A DNA stretch of 64,000 nucleotides from Acidobacteriota bacterium. Lineage in GTDB: Bacteria > Acidobacteriota > Blastocatellia > RBC074. A model generated the notes under the pieces. The model did no database searches. It saw nothing but the letters and a program-made list of their open reading frames with translations, and was not told the origin of the DNA. Shown one piece after another: positions 37,501 to 47,971 of the stretch (its first letter is position 1; every line of letters begins with the position of its first letter). The translations under genes were made by a program, and so were the position numbers. The stretch spans positions 8,861 to 72,860 of the forward strand of contig JAEUQO010000289.1 in assembly GCA_016789605.1 (NCBI GenBank). Direction: 5' to 3'.

Positions 37501-37905
37501 TTAGCCTTTGTCGGCCAACTGAATGCGGATCAGGGCGCGTTGCAGTTTCAATTCGGCGCGCTGGAAATCCGTGTCTTCGCCACGCGAAGAGAGCCGCTTT
37601 TCTGCCCGCTCTCTGGCGCGCTGAGCCCGTTCTGCGTCAATTTCTTCGGGCTTTTCCGCCACATCGGAAAGCACTGACACGCGATCGGGGCCGACTTCGG
37701 CAAAGCCGCCGCTTACGTGCATTTGCTGCCGTTCTGCGCCTTTGCGATAAACCAGAATGCCGGTTTGCAATTGCGAAATCAGCGGCGTGTGCTCAGGCAA
37801 AATGCCTAATTCACCACCGAGACCCGGAATGACGACTTCGTCTACCGCTTCGCGCAACACCAACCGCTCGGGCGTGATGACTTCAAGATTGAGTTTGTCT
37901 GCCAT
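37501..37905 (-). CDS. atpC: F1Fo ATP synthase epsilon subunit
   Basis: LEVITPER, GELGILPEHTPL and SGGFAEV motifs plus a C-terminal helical hairpin. Confidence 0.96.
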   Translation of the reverse strand: MADKLNLEVITPERLVLREAVDEVVIPGLGGELGILPEHTPLISQLQTGILVYRKGAERQQMHVSGGFAEVGPDRVSVLSDVAEKPEEIDAERAQRARERAEKRLSSRGEDTDFQRAELKLQRALIRIQLADKG

Positions 37906-37974
37906 ATTCAGGTTTCAGAATTCAGGGCTCACGATTCAGAGCGGCACAGGCCGCCCTGAACCCGATGGCCCACG

Positions 37975-39543
<1,569 letters not shown>

Positions 39544-39581
39544 TCACAGATGAATTATGAATGCTCGAATTAAAGGTGCGG

Positions 39582-39610
39582 AGTGTAGCACGCGGATCGC
39601 CGTTTGGCTA
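39582..39610 (-). promoter_or_regulatory. Putative sigma70 promoter of atpDC
   Basis: Minus strand reads TAGCCA-N17-TACACT with a TG extended -10 element. Confidence 0.5.
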
Positions 39611-39750
39611 GGCAGCGACGAATCTCACGCTGAATCAGCCAGGCGGTTTTTTCTCAGGTAATCCAAGTTCGGTCGGTTTGCTGTTCCAGTCCGCAACTGT
39701 AAACCACTGTTGTCTGGGCGTCAGCCATCGCATAAGCGCGTTTTATTTGT

Positions 39751-40803
39751 TTAACGGTAGTGAATAGGGAATGTGACCAGATAAGGTTGGCCGGGGTTCG
39801 GTCTCACCTTGAATATGGTCAGTGGTAGGGGATCGTGTTGCGTGAGCGAATGGTTATCTTCCATCGCTTTCCTCTCCTCCTCTGTCCACAGCTTTCCAAT
39901 TTGAGCTTGATCTTCCAAGCGGGAGGCAGTGGTTTTCCATTTCTTTTCCCATTCTTGAAAGAGCTCTTTTTTGATAGTTGTGATTTGATCTGTCAACGGA
40001 ATTTCTTGTAGTTTTGTGGGAGATACAATGATCGTCAACATTTCTCCCCGCAGGTTAGGGCCTGCATTGAGAACGGAAAAATACGGGATCGCGTCTTGGG
40101 GGCTTGGGATATTTACAATTTGACCAGCGGAAATGCGATTGTCTCCGCCGCGCGTGGTGGTTAGCGGAAAAATCAAATATGGCTCGCTGAGTGAACCGTC
40201 TGCGTTTATTTCGCGATCAATGATGTACAGGTAGGCATCATCCACACTTGGAATTTCGAAGGAGAGCCGGGCAAGGTCTTTTTGACTCAGAGCTTTGTCT
40301 ATAGAGGCGCGTTCTGCGATCAGCTTGCCTTTTTGACTGATGATGCGTTGCTCGACGGGGGCTACTGGCTCGCGGAAAAGCCACAAGGTCACTCCCAATA
40401 AATGCGTGTCGGTATTAGACCATTCGGAGTTGGCGCCAGCAGAGAAAGACGTCTCTGGTTCTGAATTGGGGGGCTTGTTTGTTGGGGAAGCGCTTGAGGC
40501 CGATTCCGAGGTGTCTTTGAGCGGCAAGCGAGCTGAAGATTTTGGATTAGATGGTGCCTCAGAAGCGATAGCTGTTTGCGCCGCACTCACCGGAGGCGGA
40601 GAGGGCTTGCCTGCGGTAGGGAGAGCTTCTGTCTTGGGTTGGGATCGTGCAGTTCGCGTTTGTTTTTTCTGGCGAGCTAATTGGAATATCTGGTTGTACG
40701 CCGGGCGTGAATCCGGAACGGGTTGGGGAACCTGGGGCTGCGCTTGAACAGAAACAAGCGCCAGCCCAATGAGGCTCAGTAACAATATCGGGTGATAGGT
40801 CAT
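39751..40803 (-). CDS. Secreted protein with Pro/Ser-rich linker and DUF4384-like domain
   Basis: Signal peptide, low-complexity linker, then GVTLW...RLSFE...YLYIIDRE...PYLIFP...GDN.I.AG. Confidence 0.7.
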   Translation of the reverse strand: MTYHPILLLSLIGLALVSVQAQPQVPQPVPDSRPAYNQIFQLARQKKQTRTARSQPKTEALPTAGKPSPPPVSAAQTAIASEAPSNPKSSARLPLKDTSESASSASPTNKPPNSEPETSFSAGANSEWSNTDTHLLGVTLWLFREPVAPVEQRIISQKGKLIAERASIDKALSQKDLARLSFEIPSVDDAYLYIIDREINADGSLSEPYLIFPLTTTRGGDNRISAGQIVNIPSPQDAIPYFSVLNAGPNLRGEMLTIIVSPTKLQEIPLTDQITTIKKELFQEWEKKWKTTASRLEDQAQIGKLWTEEERKAMEDNHSLTQHDPLPLTIFKVRPNPGQPYLVTFPIHYR

Positions 40804-40855
40804 TATGAATCGCCGTGTATTGTGATGACACATGAAAACACCTCTCTAATTGTTA

Positions 40856-43800
40856 TTACCATTCGCCCTGTAATGTGAAGCCCGCCCAATAATATGGGTC
40901 TTGGCGTCGCGGGTCTTTTGCCAGGGCCAATTGGGCTAAGCGAAATGCCGCCGCCGGTTTCAGGCCTTCTTTGAACATTTGTTCGTAAAACTTTTCCATA
41001 AGTTCTGCTGTTGCACTATCGCTAACACTCCAAAGACTGACGAGCACTCGTTTGGCTCCTGCGTACATCATTCCGCGCGTCAACCCGACAATGCCTTCTC
41101 CCCGAACTTCCTTGCCCAGAGCTGTTTCGCAGGCACTCAAGACCACCAACTCAGCAGGGAATTTTAGGCTGAATAACTCCGTGGAAAGCAGGAAGCCGTC
41201 CTGCGCTTGCCCTTGCGGGGTGACCAGAGACAACACCAGACCTGAGAGCTCAGGGCGAAAGGCATTGAGGAATCCGTGCGTTGCGAAATGGACGATACGG
41301 TATTCGCCGAGTTGCGGGTTGGTGGCAATCGCGCGGCTGGCGTCAAAATCCAGCCATTGACGAGATGGTGGCGACGCAAGCTTGAAGATTCGCTCAGCTT
41401 CCTGTCTAGTGAAGGGGAGGCGCGCCAGCGATGGCGCGCCAAAGCTATTGGCTGCTTGTGCCAACACGCGGCTACGATTGCTTGGCTGCGGCGATGGATT
41501 GTTACCGGAAGCGGCTCTGGCTGATGTCTTGATCCGTGAGTCGCGCGGATCAAACACTGCGTCTGCGATGAGGGCTATGTTGCGGGGCGCAGGCACACGT
41601 TTAGCAAGTTCTCTGCGTAATGAGACCAGCGTAGTCGCAGACGGCAAGGTGATTATTTCGTGCCCGGCAATTAACGGTGTAATTGCGCGGGATGGTGATT
41701 TCCCGTCTCTTAATTCCGGCAACGCTGCGAACGGCAGGTAATGCAACGCGCCGTCGGGCACGATTAGCAGCCGCTTGCCTGCTAGATGCGCTGCCGCAGG
41801 AGCTAACAGTAACTTGCTGAGCAAAAGGCCATGTTGTAACAATTCGTCTTGCCGATGTTGCAACATCTCTGATGAAATCGGTTGCGGCTGTGAGGCTTGT
41901 CCAAATACCTGTCCAGGTCTTGTTTTTGTCGGATCACTTGCCAGAAGGCCGTGAAAATTCCTGGCTAATTGTTCGATTTCTGTGCGTGCCGGTAAGGGGT
42001 AAGAGAAAATATTGTTGTGGGTGAGAACCCACAGATAACTTCGCTCTGCTCCGAGTGCGTATTCAAGCAGCACTGTATCGGCGTCCAGCGCTTCTTGCTG
42101 TATCTCATGCACCGAGACAGGCTGTGGCTGAGTTAGTGCAGCATAGCGCGGACTGGTCCGGCGAATTTCCGTGCGTAATCTTTGCTGTTGAGTCACAAGC
42201 TCATCCAGCTCTTGTCTTAAACGCAACGCTTGTTGGTCATCGCTTCGATCAAGCGCCAACAATTGCCGTCCCAACGTAGCATTGATCCGCGATTGCAGGC
42301 GGCGCTCTTCGACCAGCAGGTCGGGGGAGGCGTTGCCTCGCAGGTCGGCGCGCGCTTCTTGCAACATTTCAAGTAGTACGCGTGCGCGTGCGCGTTCGCT
42401 GGCTTGCAACCCCGCTCCCTGATTTTCGCGCCGCTTTCCTGCCGCCATCAGTAAATCAACATAAAATTCATAATACTCCTGTACCGAAGCAAGGTAAGAC
42501 GCACGGAGCTCTTGCATTTCCAGTTTTTGGCGATTGGATTCAATGAGCGCCAGCGACTGTTCAATATGTTTACGCGCATCTGCCGAATTTCCCGCCTGAT
42601 GTTCGATGCGGGCCAAGGCGTGTAGTGCAAGCGCCTGACTGTTGCGGTCGCCAGCGGCTTGGGCTAATGGTAATGCTTTTTCCAGCGTGTTTAACGCCGA
42701 TTGCATTTCTCCCGTCGCCAAACGTATCAAGCCTAGATTGAGTAAGGTTGCCGCAGTTTCGCGCCGTCGCCCGCTTTTTTTACGTAATGCGAGTGCTTGT
42801 TCCAAATACGTCAGCGCGCGCTGGTGATTTCCTAATTCACTTTCGGTGACGCCAAGATTGTTTAAGGCGAGTGCTTCCCCGGCTGTGTCTGACTGTCCAC
42901 GCCACTTTTCCCGCGCTAGTTTGAAATCTTGTAAAGCTTCTTCCTTGTTTCCGCGTGCCAATTCGAGCGCGCCAAGGTTATTCAAGGTGTACGCTTCGCC
43001 GCGTACATCTTGGGCCCACTGCCTGAGCGGCAGCGCTTTTTCCAGATGACGAAATGCCTCGTCTTTATCGCCCAGCGCCGAGTAAATAAAACCTATGGAA
43101 GTCAAAAACGCCGCTTTTTGACAGGCGCGATCCTTGGGGTCCTGTAAATATTCAGACAGGGCTAACCCTTCTGTGAAATGATCCAGGGCTTTTTCTGGTT
43201 CGCCTGTTGCGCTCAGCGCTACACCAAGGTTATTCAAAATTCTGATTTCGGCGGCCAGTGTCAAGCGAGGGTTGCTTTGAGTCTTGGCAGCAGTGCGGGT
43301 GCGCCGTAACGCCTCTGACAGCCAGGTCACCGCCTGGATGCTTTCACCTTGCTCATGCAAGATCGTTCCGAGGTTGTAGCGAGTATCAATGGATTCGAGT
43401 GGGAATTCGAGCTGGTCCCAATACTTCAAAGATTGCTCGTAATACGTTTGCGCTTTTGCTTTTTCATTCAGCAACGAATGGGTCAGGGCCAACAGTTTCA
43501 AGGTTTGCGCCAGTCCCTGTAGGCTGCGGGTATCTCGTACCTTTTTCCATTCCTCCAAGGCCTGGGTAAAGAGAGGAATCGCTTTTTCCTGGTTTTTGCC
43601 GCCAATGGCCAGATGTACTTGCCCCCAACGCATTAGGATGTCAGCGCGTAGGGCAGGTGACTTGAGCGGTGGCAGGCTTCCCAGCGCCTGACGATGCGCA
43701 TTTAGGGCAAGGTCGTATTCCTTGAGAATCACATGCAAACGCCCGATTTCATTGTAGGTTCGTGCGGTTACTTCCGGCTCGTCAGTTTGCTGCCAGAATG

Positions 43801-44053
43801 CAATCGTGTCAGTCAATGCACTGATAGTTGCGCGGCAGTTTTCTTCTGGAGCATTGGGGGGAAGTTGGGCTGCGCGATCCAGCGTTTGTTCTGCTTGCTG
43901 CCGTTTGGTGGCATTGCTTTGCTGATGCCTGCTCGTGACTGACGCTGGTTTGCCTGCGAAAAGCAGGCAAACCAATAAGCATCCGCTCAAGTACCGCCCG
44001 GCGCTGGCAAGCAGTTTTCGCCTCCATTGTCTCCGTCGTTTGTCTGTGCTCAT
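40856..44053 (-). CDS. TPR-repeat CHAT-domain (caspase-like CD clan) protease
   Basis: Multiple LNNLG-type TPRs and a coiled coil. CHAT motifs LLIVPDGALH.LPF, HFATHG (His), VLSACET (Cys) and SLWSV.D, ending PYYWAGF...G.W. Confidence 0.92.
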   Translation of the reverse strand: MSTDKRRRQWRRKLLASAGRYLSGCLLVCLLFAGKPASVTSRHQQSNATKRQQAEQTLDRAAQLPPNAPEENCRATISALTDTIAFWQQTDEPEVTARTYNEIGRLHVILKEYDLALNAHRQALGSLPPLKSPALRADILMRWGQVHLAIGGKNQEKAIPLFTQALEEWKKVRDTRSLQGLAQTLKLLALTHSLLNEKAKAQTYYEQSLKYWDQLEFPLESIDTRYNLGTILHEQGESIQAVTWLSEALRRTRTAAKTQSNPRLTLAAEIRILNNLGVALSATGEPEKALDHFTEGLALSEYLQDPKDRACQKAAFLTSIGFIYSALGDKDEAFRHLEKALPLRQWAQDVRGEAYTLNNLGALELARGNKEEALQDFKLAREKWRGQSDTAGEALALNNLGVTESELGNHQRALTYLEQALALRKKSGRRRETAATLLNLGLIRLATGEMQSALNTLEKALPLAQAAGDRNSQALALHALARIEHQAGNSADARKHIEQSLALIESNRQKLEMQELRASYLASVQEYYEFYVDLLMAAGKRRENQGAGLQASERARARVLLEMLQEARADLRGNASPDLLVEERRLQSRINATLGRQLLALDRSDDQQALRLRQELDELVTQQQRLRTEIRRTSPRYAALTQPQPVSVHEIQQEALDADTVLLEYALGAERSYLWVLTHNNIFSYPLPARTEIEQLARNFHGLLASDPTKTRPGQVFGQASQPQPISSEMLQHRQDELLQHGLLLSKLLLAPAAAHLAGKRLLIVPDGALHYLPFAALPELRDGKSPSRAITPLIAGHEIITLPSATTLVSLRRELAKRVPAPRNIALIADAVFDPRDSRIKTSARAASGNNPSPQPSNRSRVLAQAANSFGAPSLARLPFTRQEAERIFKLASPPSRQWLDFDASRAIATNPQLGEYRIVHFATHGFLNAFRPELSGLVLSLVTPQGQAQDGFLLSTELFSLKFPAELVVLSACETALGKEVRGEGIVGLTRGMMYAGAKRVLVSLWSVSDSATAELMEKFYEQMFKEGLKPAAAFRLAQLALAKDPRRQDPYYWAGFTLQGEW

Positions 44054-44122
44054 CGTGCGGATTTACCTCTCGGTGGCAGCTTCTGGTTACAAAGCTGCCA
44101 CCGACTGAATAAAGAACGTATA

Positions 44123-47100
44123 TCAGAATTCGAACCGGCCTCCGATTTGGATCCGGCGAGGTCGGTTCAGTTGATCGTTTAGTACGCCGAAGAGGTCTGG
44201 CCGAAAGGTATTGGCTTTATCCAGTACCGGGTCGGCAAAATTGACGTGGTTAAAAACGTTGAAGAAATCGAAGGTCAGCGAAAACCGAACGCGGCTGGTC
44301 AGTCGCGTTTCTTTGCCAAGACTCCAATCGAAATTCCACTGACCCAGTCCGCGCAACGCGCCTCTGCCGTGGCGGCGGTCACGCGAGACAAGGATTTCTC
44401 GGAAGTTACTTTCTACCGCAGCCGGATCAGCAAAAAGGTTTAAACCGGTTCCGCCCTGTCTGGGATCGCCTGCACTTCCGACACCGTTGGCTCCGCCAGT
44501 GACGCCCTTGTGTACTTTGGGGTCATACAATGAATTTTGTGTGGGACGTGCCCAGGTGTACCCCCATTTGCCGCCGCCAAACGAGCCTGTTCCCGACGCA
44601 GAAGCCAGTAATACACCTAGTGGGCGGCCACTTCTGGCAGTGAAAATTCCTCCCGCAAACCAGCCACTAATGATTGTGTTGAGAGCGCGAGATTGGGCTT
44701 TCAACCTGTCGGTTTTTCCGAATGGCAATTCATAAACACCGTGAGCGTTAAGCGAATGCCGAGCGTCAAAGCCACTGGGGGCATAATCAATATCAGGGAA
44801 AAATGGAGATTGAAGTTGAAGCAGGGTATTCTGATTCCCAGCTCCGGTTACCCCAGTTAAGAATACCCCATCAGGCATATTGTCGAGAGATTTTGAAAGT
44901 GCGTAGTTGAACTCAAACGATAGGCCATTGGAGGCTCGTTTTCGCAGGCTGATAAAGAACGCATGATAATTTGAGAATCCTGCTGAGTGCCGATACAAAT
45001 AACTATTCAGCGGGTCTGGCAGCGAGTAGTTTGTGAGGGGGGGGGCTGGTTTGCCACCACACACAAATGGACCGCCCCCGGTGTCCAAAACTTGGGAAAA
45101 CAGATTGCCAATAATTCCATTTCTAAAGTACCTACCATACCGCTGTGCAAAGCAAGTTGTCATTCCAGTTCCGTAATAGTTCTCGAAATACGGTTGGGGC
45201 GAAACTGCTCGCCCGGCTCTTAGCGCTGTGGCAACTGCGTCAAAAGCCTCTGCCACAGTTTGCCCGGATTTCATGTCTTTGTGCATAAAAGGGAAGGCCG
45301 CCAAGTCCCCATCTACGTATAGTTGCCGGGCTATTCGTCCGACGTAGCCTGTCTCAACCATCCAGTTCGCAAATAATGCACGTTGCAACGAGAACGTTAC
45401 GTTATGGTTGCGCGGCACTTTGACAAATGGGTCAATGCGAAAGACCAATGCTCCCGATTCATTTTCAGGTTGACCAATGCTGTTGGGGAGGGTTGGTAAA
45501 GGGGTTTTCCCGTCAATCCCGATCCTGAATGGTTGAGCCGAAGCGTTTAATGGCTCGGACACAAAAGTTCCACGCACAAAGCCATTATCCAAAAAAGGCG
45601 CCCCCAGCACGGTCAGGTTGTTGGTGCGGTCAAAGACGAGGGAGTAACCCCCCCGTATCACAGTTTTTTGATTGCCCAGCAATCGGCCCAGAAGACCTTT
45701 GCTAAACGATGGGTTCCAGGCTACAGACAGCCGCGGGGAAAGATTGGAATAGTCAGTGTTGAAGGCGTTTTTTCTGCCCAGTTGGGACAGTGATGCATAT
45801 TCGATTTCCGGCGTGAAAGTGCTGCCGTTCTCAGCGGCTCTGCGACGTTGATCTAGGTATTCCTTAAACCCGACGATTTGGCGGGTGTCCTTATACAGGG
45901 CCAATGACTCCCGTCCTGTATTTTCCACTGGAGACGATTGCCAGCCATAGGACGCGCCATACGTTATGGTCAAAGAAGGTTTCAGCTTCCAAGTATCTGA
46001 AAAGAAAAAGCTCCATTCGTTATAACGGTGGCTGGTAAAGGTTTCGGCCCCAGCAGGCTGGCGTTGCAGATCGCCATCATAGAAGGCTGCGACTCGCACT
46101 GTATCCAGAATTCCGAAAAGCGTATTGGCAAGGCGGGCCGTTGGTGTTGATCCCGAGAAGCCTCTAATTTCTGCATATGGTAGAGAGCCGGAAAACCCTG
46201 TCCTGCCGATCTGCTCGGCACGTAGACGACGTATATTCAACCCTGTTTGAATGTTGTGAGGGCCTTTTGCCCAAGTGAGCGTGTCAGTCAATTGATAGGT
46301 GTCATTTTTGATTCTGCTGGCGTAGTCAGGATCAACCAAATTGTCCAGGTTGTAGAAACTTTGCAGCCGGATCGGGATATCTAAACCCACAAAGGGTTTT
46401 TGCGGGATTACATCGTAATTTTGCCGATCTTGTAACCAACTGAACCGGCTTTCGTTAGTTAGGTGTTCAGAAAATACGCTGACCAATGAACCCGCCACGT
46501 TGCGAGGCCGTTCGGCAGAGCGGTTCCCACTTGTTTGTGTCTGTAAATCCGCTTGGCAGTTGTTGCTGGTTGCTTGTGTGAAAATCTGGCAACCTTGCAA
46601 GCGGCGATCTGCCGCGACTTTAGCAGAGAGATTCCAGCGCTCAGAAAACTTATGATCTAAACGGGCAATGCTGATGTTATTGGAAAGTCGTGTTGGCGCA
46701 GCGAAGGTAAAGCCCGCCGTGTTGAGCCGATCGCCTCGCGAAAAGTCATTGGGCAGAGGATACAGGCTTAGATACTCAAGCATTTTAGGATTTGGCCCCA
46801 AACCACGTGGGTCTGTTTGTTTGAGATCAATGGTGGTGATGACGCCATTGGCGGTCGTACGCAAAATGCCGCGGCGGTATTCCGCCGTTGGTACGATTCT
46901 GGAGATTGTGGCTGAGTCTGGGTTGCGGCGGCCCTCGTAATTCAGAAAGAAGAATGTGCGGTCTTTGTACAAGGGCCCGCCCAGTGAAAGACCGAAGCGA
47001 TTGTCGAGCAGGTAAGGGCGTGAGATACCGGTACGATTATTTGTCCAGGAGTTTGCTGCCAGAGCGTCATTTTGGTGATAGAGGTACGCGCTGCCGTGCA

Positions 47101-47821
47101 GTTTTTTACCGCCGCTTTTGGTGATTAAGACGATTTGACCGCCAGAAGCAGGCAAGAACGTGGCGTTTGCATTGGCGATTGCCACACGCATTTCTTTCAA
47201 TGATTCAATGGTCACTGGGGCGATTGTTCGGGTGGGCGAACCGGTTTGTTTGTCCGACACGTCTATGCCATCCAAGGTGATGGTGACCTGGTCTTGCCGC
47301 GAACCAGCAAATTCACCGGCTTCTGAGGTCGCTGGCTGAAGGAAAAATAGAGCACTGGGCTGACGTTCCTGTGTAGGCAATTTCTTCAGCGTTTCTTCGC
47401 GAAAAACGCTGCCGATGCTGGCGTCGGACGTTGCCAACTGAGACTCAATACCGGCTGAAATCTGGATTGTGGCGGGAACCAGTTCTCCTAACTCCAGCCT
47501 GACATGAATGGTTGTTTCTTTTGATAATTCAGTGTGGGCTTCGACTTCAACTGGTTTGAACCCAGACACCCTTACCCCCACGCGATGTATATCTGGTGGA
47601 AGAGCAAAAAAAGAATATCGTCCAGCTTCGTCAGTTTTGGTTTTAAGTTCCTGTCCGGTAGCAACTCGAGTTAATACCACGGTCGCGTCCTGAATCGGGG
47701 CTCCTTTTGTGTCGGTAATGGTACCACGCAGAATTGAGGTGGCGGTTGTTTGCCCACTCGCGATTGTCACACTGCAAATGAGTAAGGCCAAGACATACCA
47801 ATACATACACTGACTCTTCAT
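44123..47821 (-). CDS. TonB-dependent receptor (Oar-like, carboxypeptidase-regulatory-like N-domain)
   Basis: 1232 aa with a signal peptide, LRGTITDTKGAPI, GSRQDQ..ITLDGIDV and TKSGG..LHGS. C-terminus RRIQIGGRFEF. Confidence 0.9.
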   Translation of the reverse strand: MKSQCMYWYVLALLICSVTIASGQTTATSILRGTITDTKGAPIQDATVVLTRVATGQELKTKTDEAGRYSFFALPPDIHRVGVRVSGFKPVEVEAHTELSKETTIHVRLELGELVPATIQISAGIESQLATSDASIGSVFREETLKKLPTQERQPSALFFLQPATSEAGEFAGSRQDQVTITLDGIDVSDKQTGSPTRTIAPVTIESLKEMRVAIANANATFLPASGGQIVLITKSGGKKLHGSAYLYHQNDALAANSWTNNRTGISRPYLLDNRFGLSLGGPLYKDRTFFFLNYEGRRNPDSATISRIVPTAEYRRGILRTTANGVITTIDLKQTDPRGLGPNPKMLEYLSLYPLPNDFSRGDRLNTAGFTFAAPTRLSNNISIARLDHKFSERWNLSAKVAADRRLQGCQIFTQATSNNCQADLQTQTSGNRSAERPRNVAGSLVSVFSEHLTNESRFSWLQDRQNYDVIPQKPFVGLDIPIRLQSFYNLDNLVDPDYASRIKNDTYQLTDTLTWAKGPHNIQTGLNIRRLRAEQIGRTGFSGSLPYAEIRGFSGSTPTARLANTLFGILDTVRVAAFYDGDLQRQPAGAETFTSHRYNEWSFFFSDTWKLKPSLTITYGASYGWQSSPVENTGRESLALYKDTRQIVGFKEYLDQRRRAAENGSTFTPEIEYASLSQLGRKNAFNTDYSNLSPRLSVAWNPSFSKGLLGRLLGNQKTVIRGGYSLVFDRTNNLTVLGAPFLDNGFVRGTFVSEPLNASAQPFRIGIDGKTPLPTLPNSIGQPENESGALVFRIDPFVKVPRNHNVTFSLQRALFANWMVETGYVGRIARQLYVDGDLAAFPFMHKDMKSGQTVAEAFDAVATALRAGRAVSPQPYFENYYGTGMTTCFAQRYGRYFRNGIIGNLFSQVLDTGGGPFVCGGKPAPPLTNYSLPDPLNSYLYRHSAGFSNYHAFFISLRKRASNGLSFEFNYALSKSLDNMPDGVFLTGVTGAGNQNTLLQLQSPFFPDIDYAPSGFDARHSLNAHGVYELPFGKTDRLKAQSRALNTIISGWFAGGIFTARSGRPLGVLLASASGTGSFGGGKWGYTWARPTQNSLYDPKVHKGVTGGANGVGSAGDPRQGGTGLNLFADPAAVESNFREILVSRDRRHGRGALRGLGQWNFDWSLGKETRLTSRVRFSLTFDFFNVFNHVNFADPVLDKANTFRPDLFGVLNDQLNRPRRIQIGGRFEF

Positions 47822-47971
47822 CTCTGATCCCTCCAGACTTGGTTAGGTTGATGCAATGCCTGAAGCATTCGGGCTTCTTTCTTCGTTTACTATATGCGTG
47901 CGGAGCAGACAAAAAAGCTCACAATTTTTGTCTCGCTGAGATTATTTGTGTTTCGCGGAGGGCCGACGCCA

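Noticed and set aside
39691-39702. CCGCAACTGTAA, a B12-box-like string
   Set aside because: The upstream GGGAA...GGTG core is missing, and there is no plus-strand gene downstream to regulate.
40856-44053. CHAT protein as a Craspase (Csx29) component
   Set aside because: There is no Cas7-11, Csx30 or CRISPR array nearby.
47907-47933. AGACAAAAA/TTTTTGTCT inverted repeat between the kinase and the TonB receptor as an operator
   Set aside because: It is a low-complexity 9-bp repeat with no second copy or cognate regulator, so it is too weak to call.
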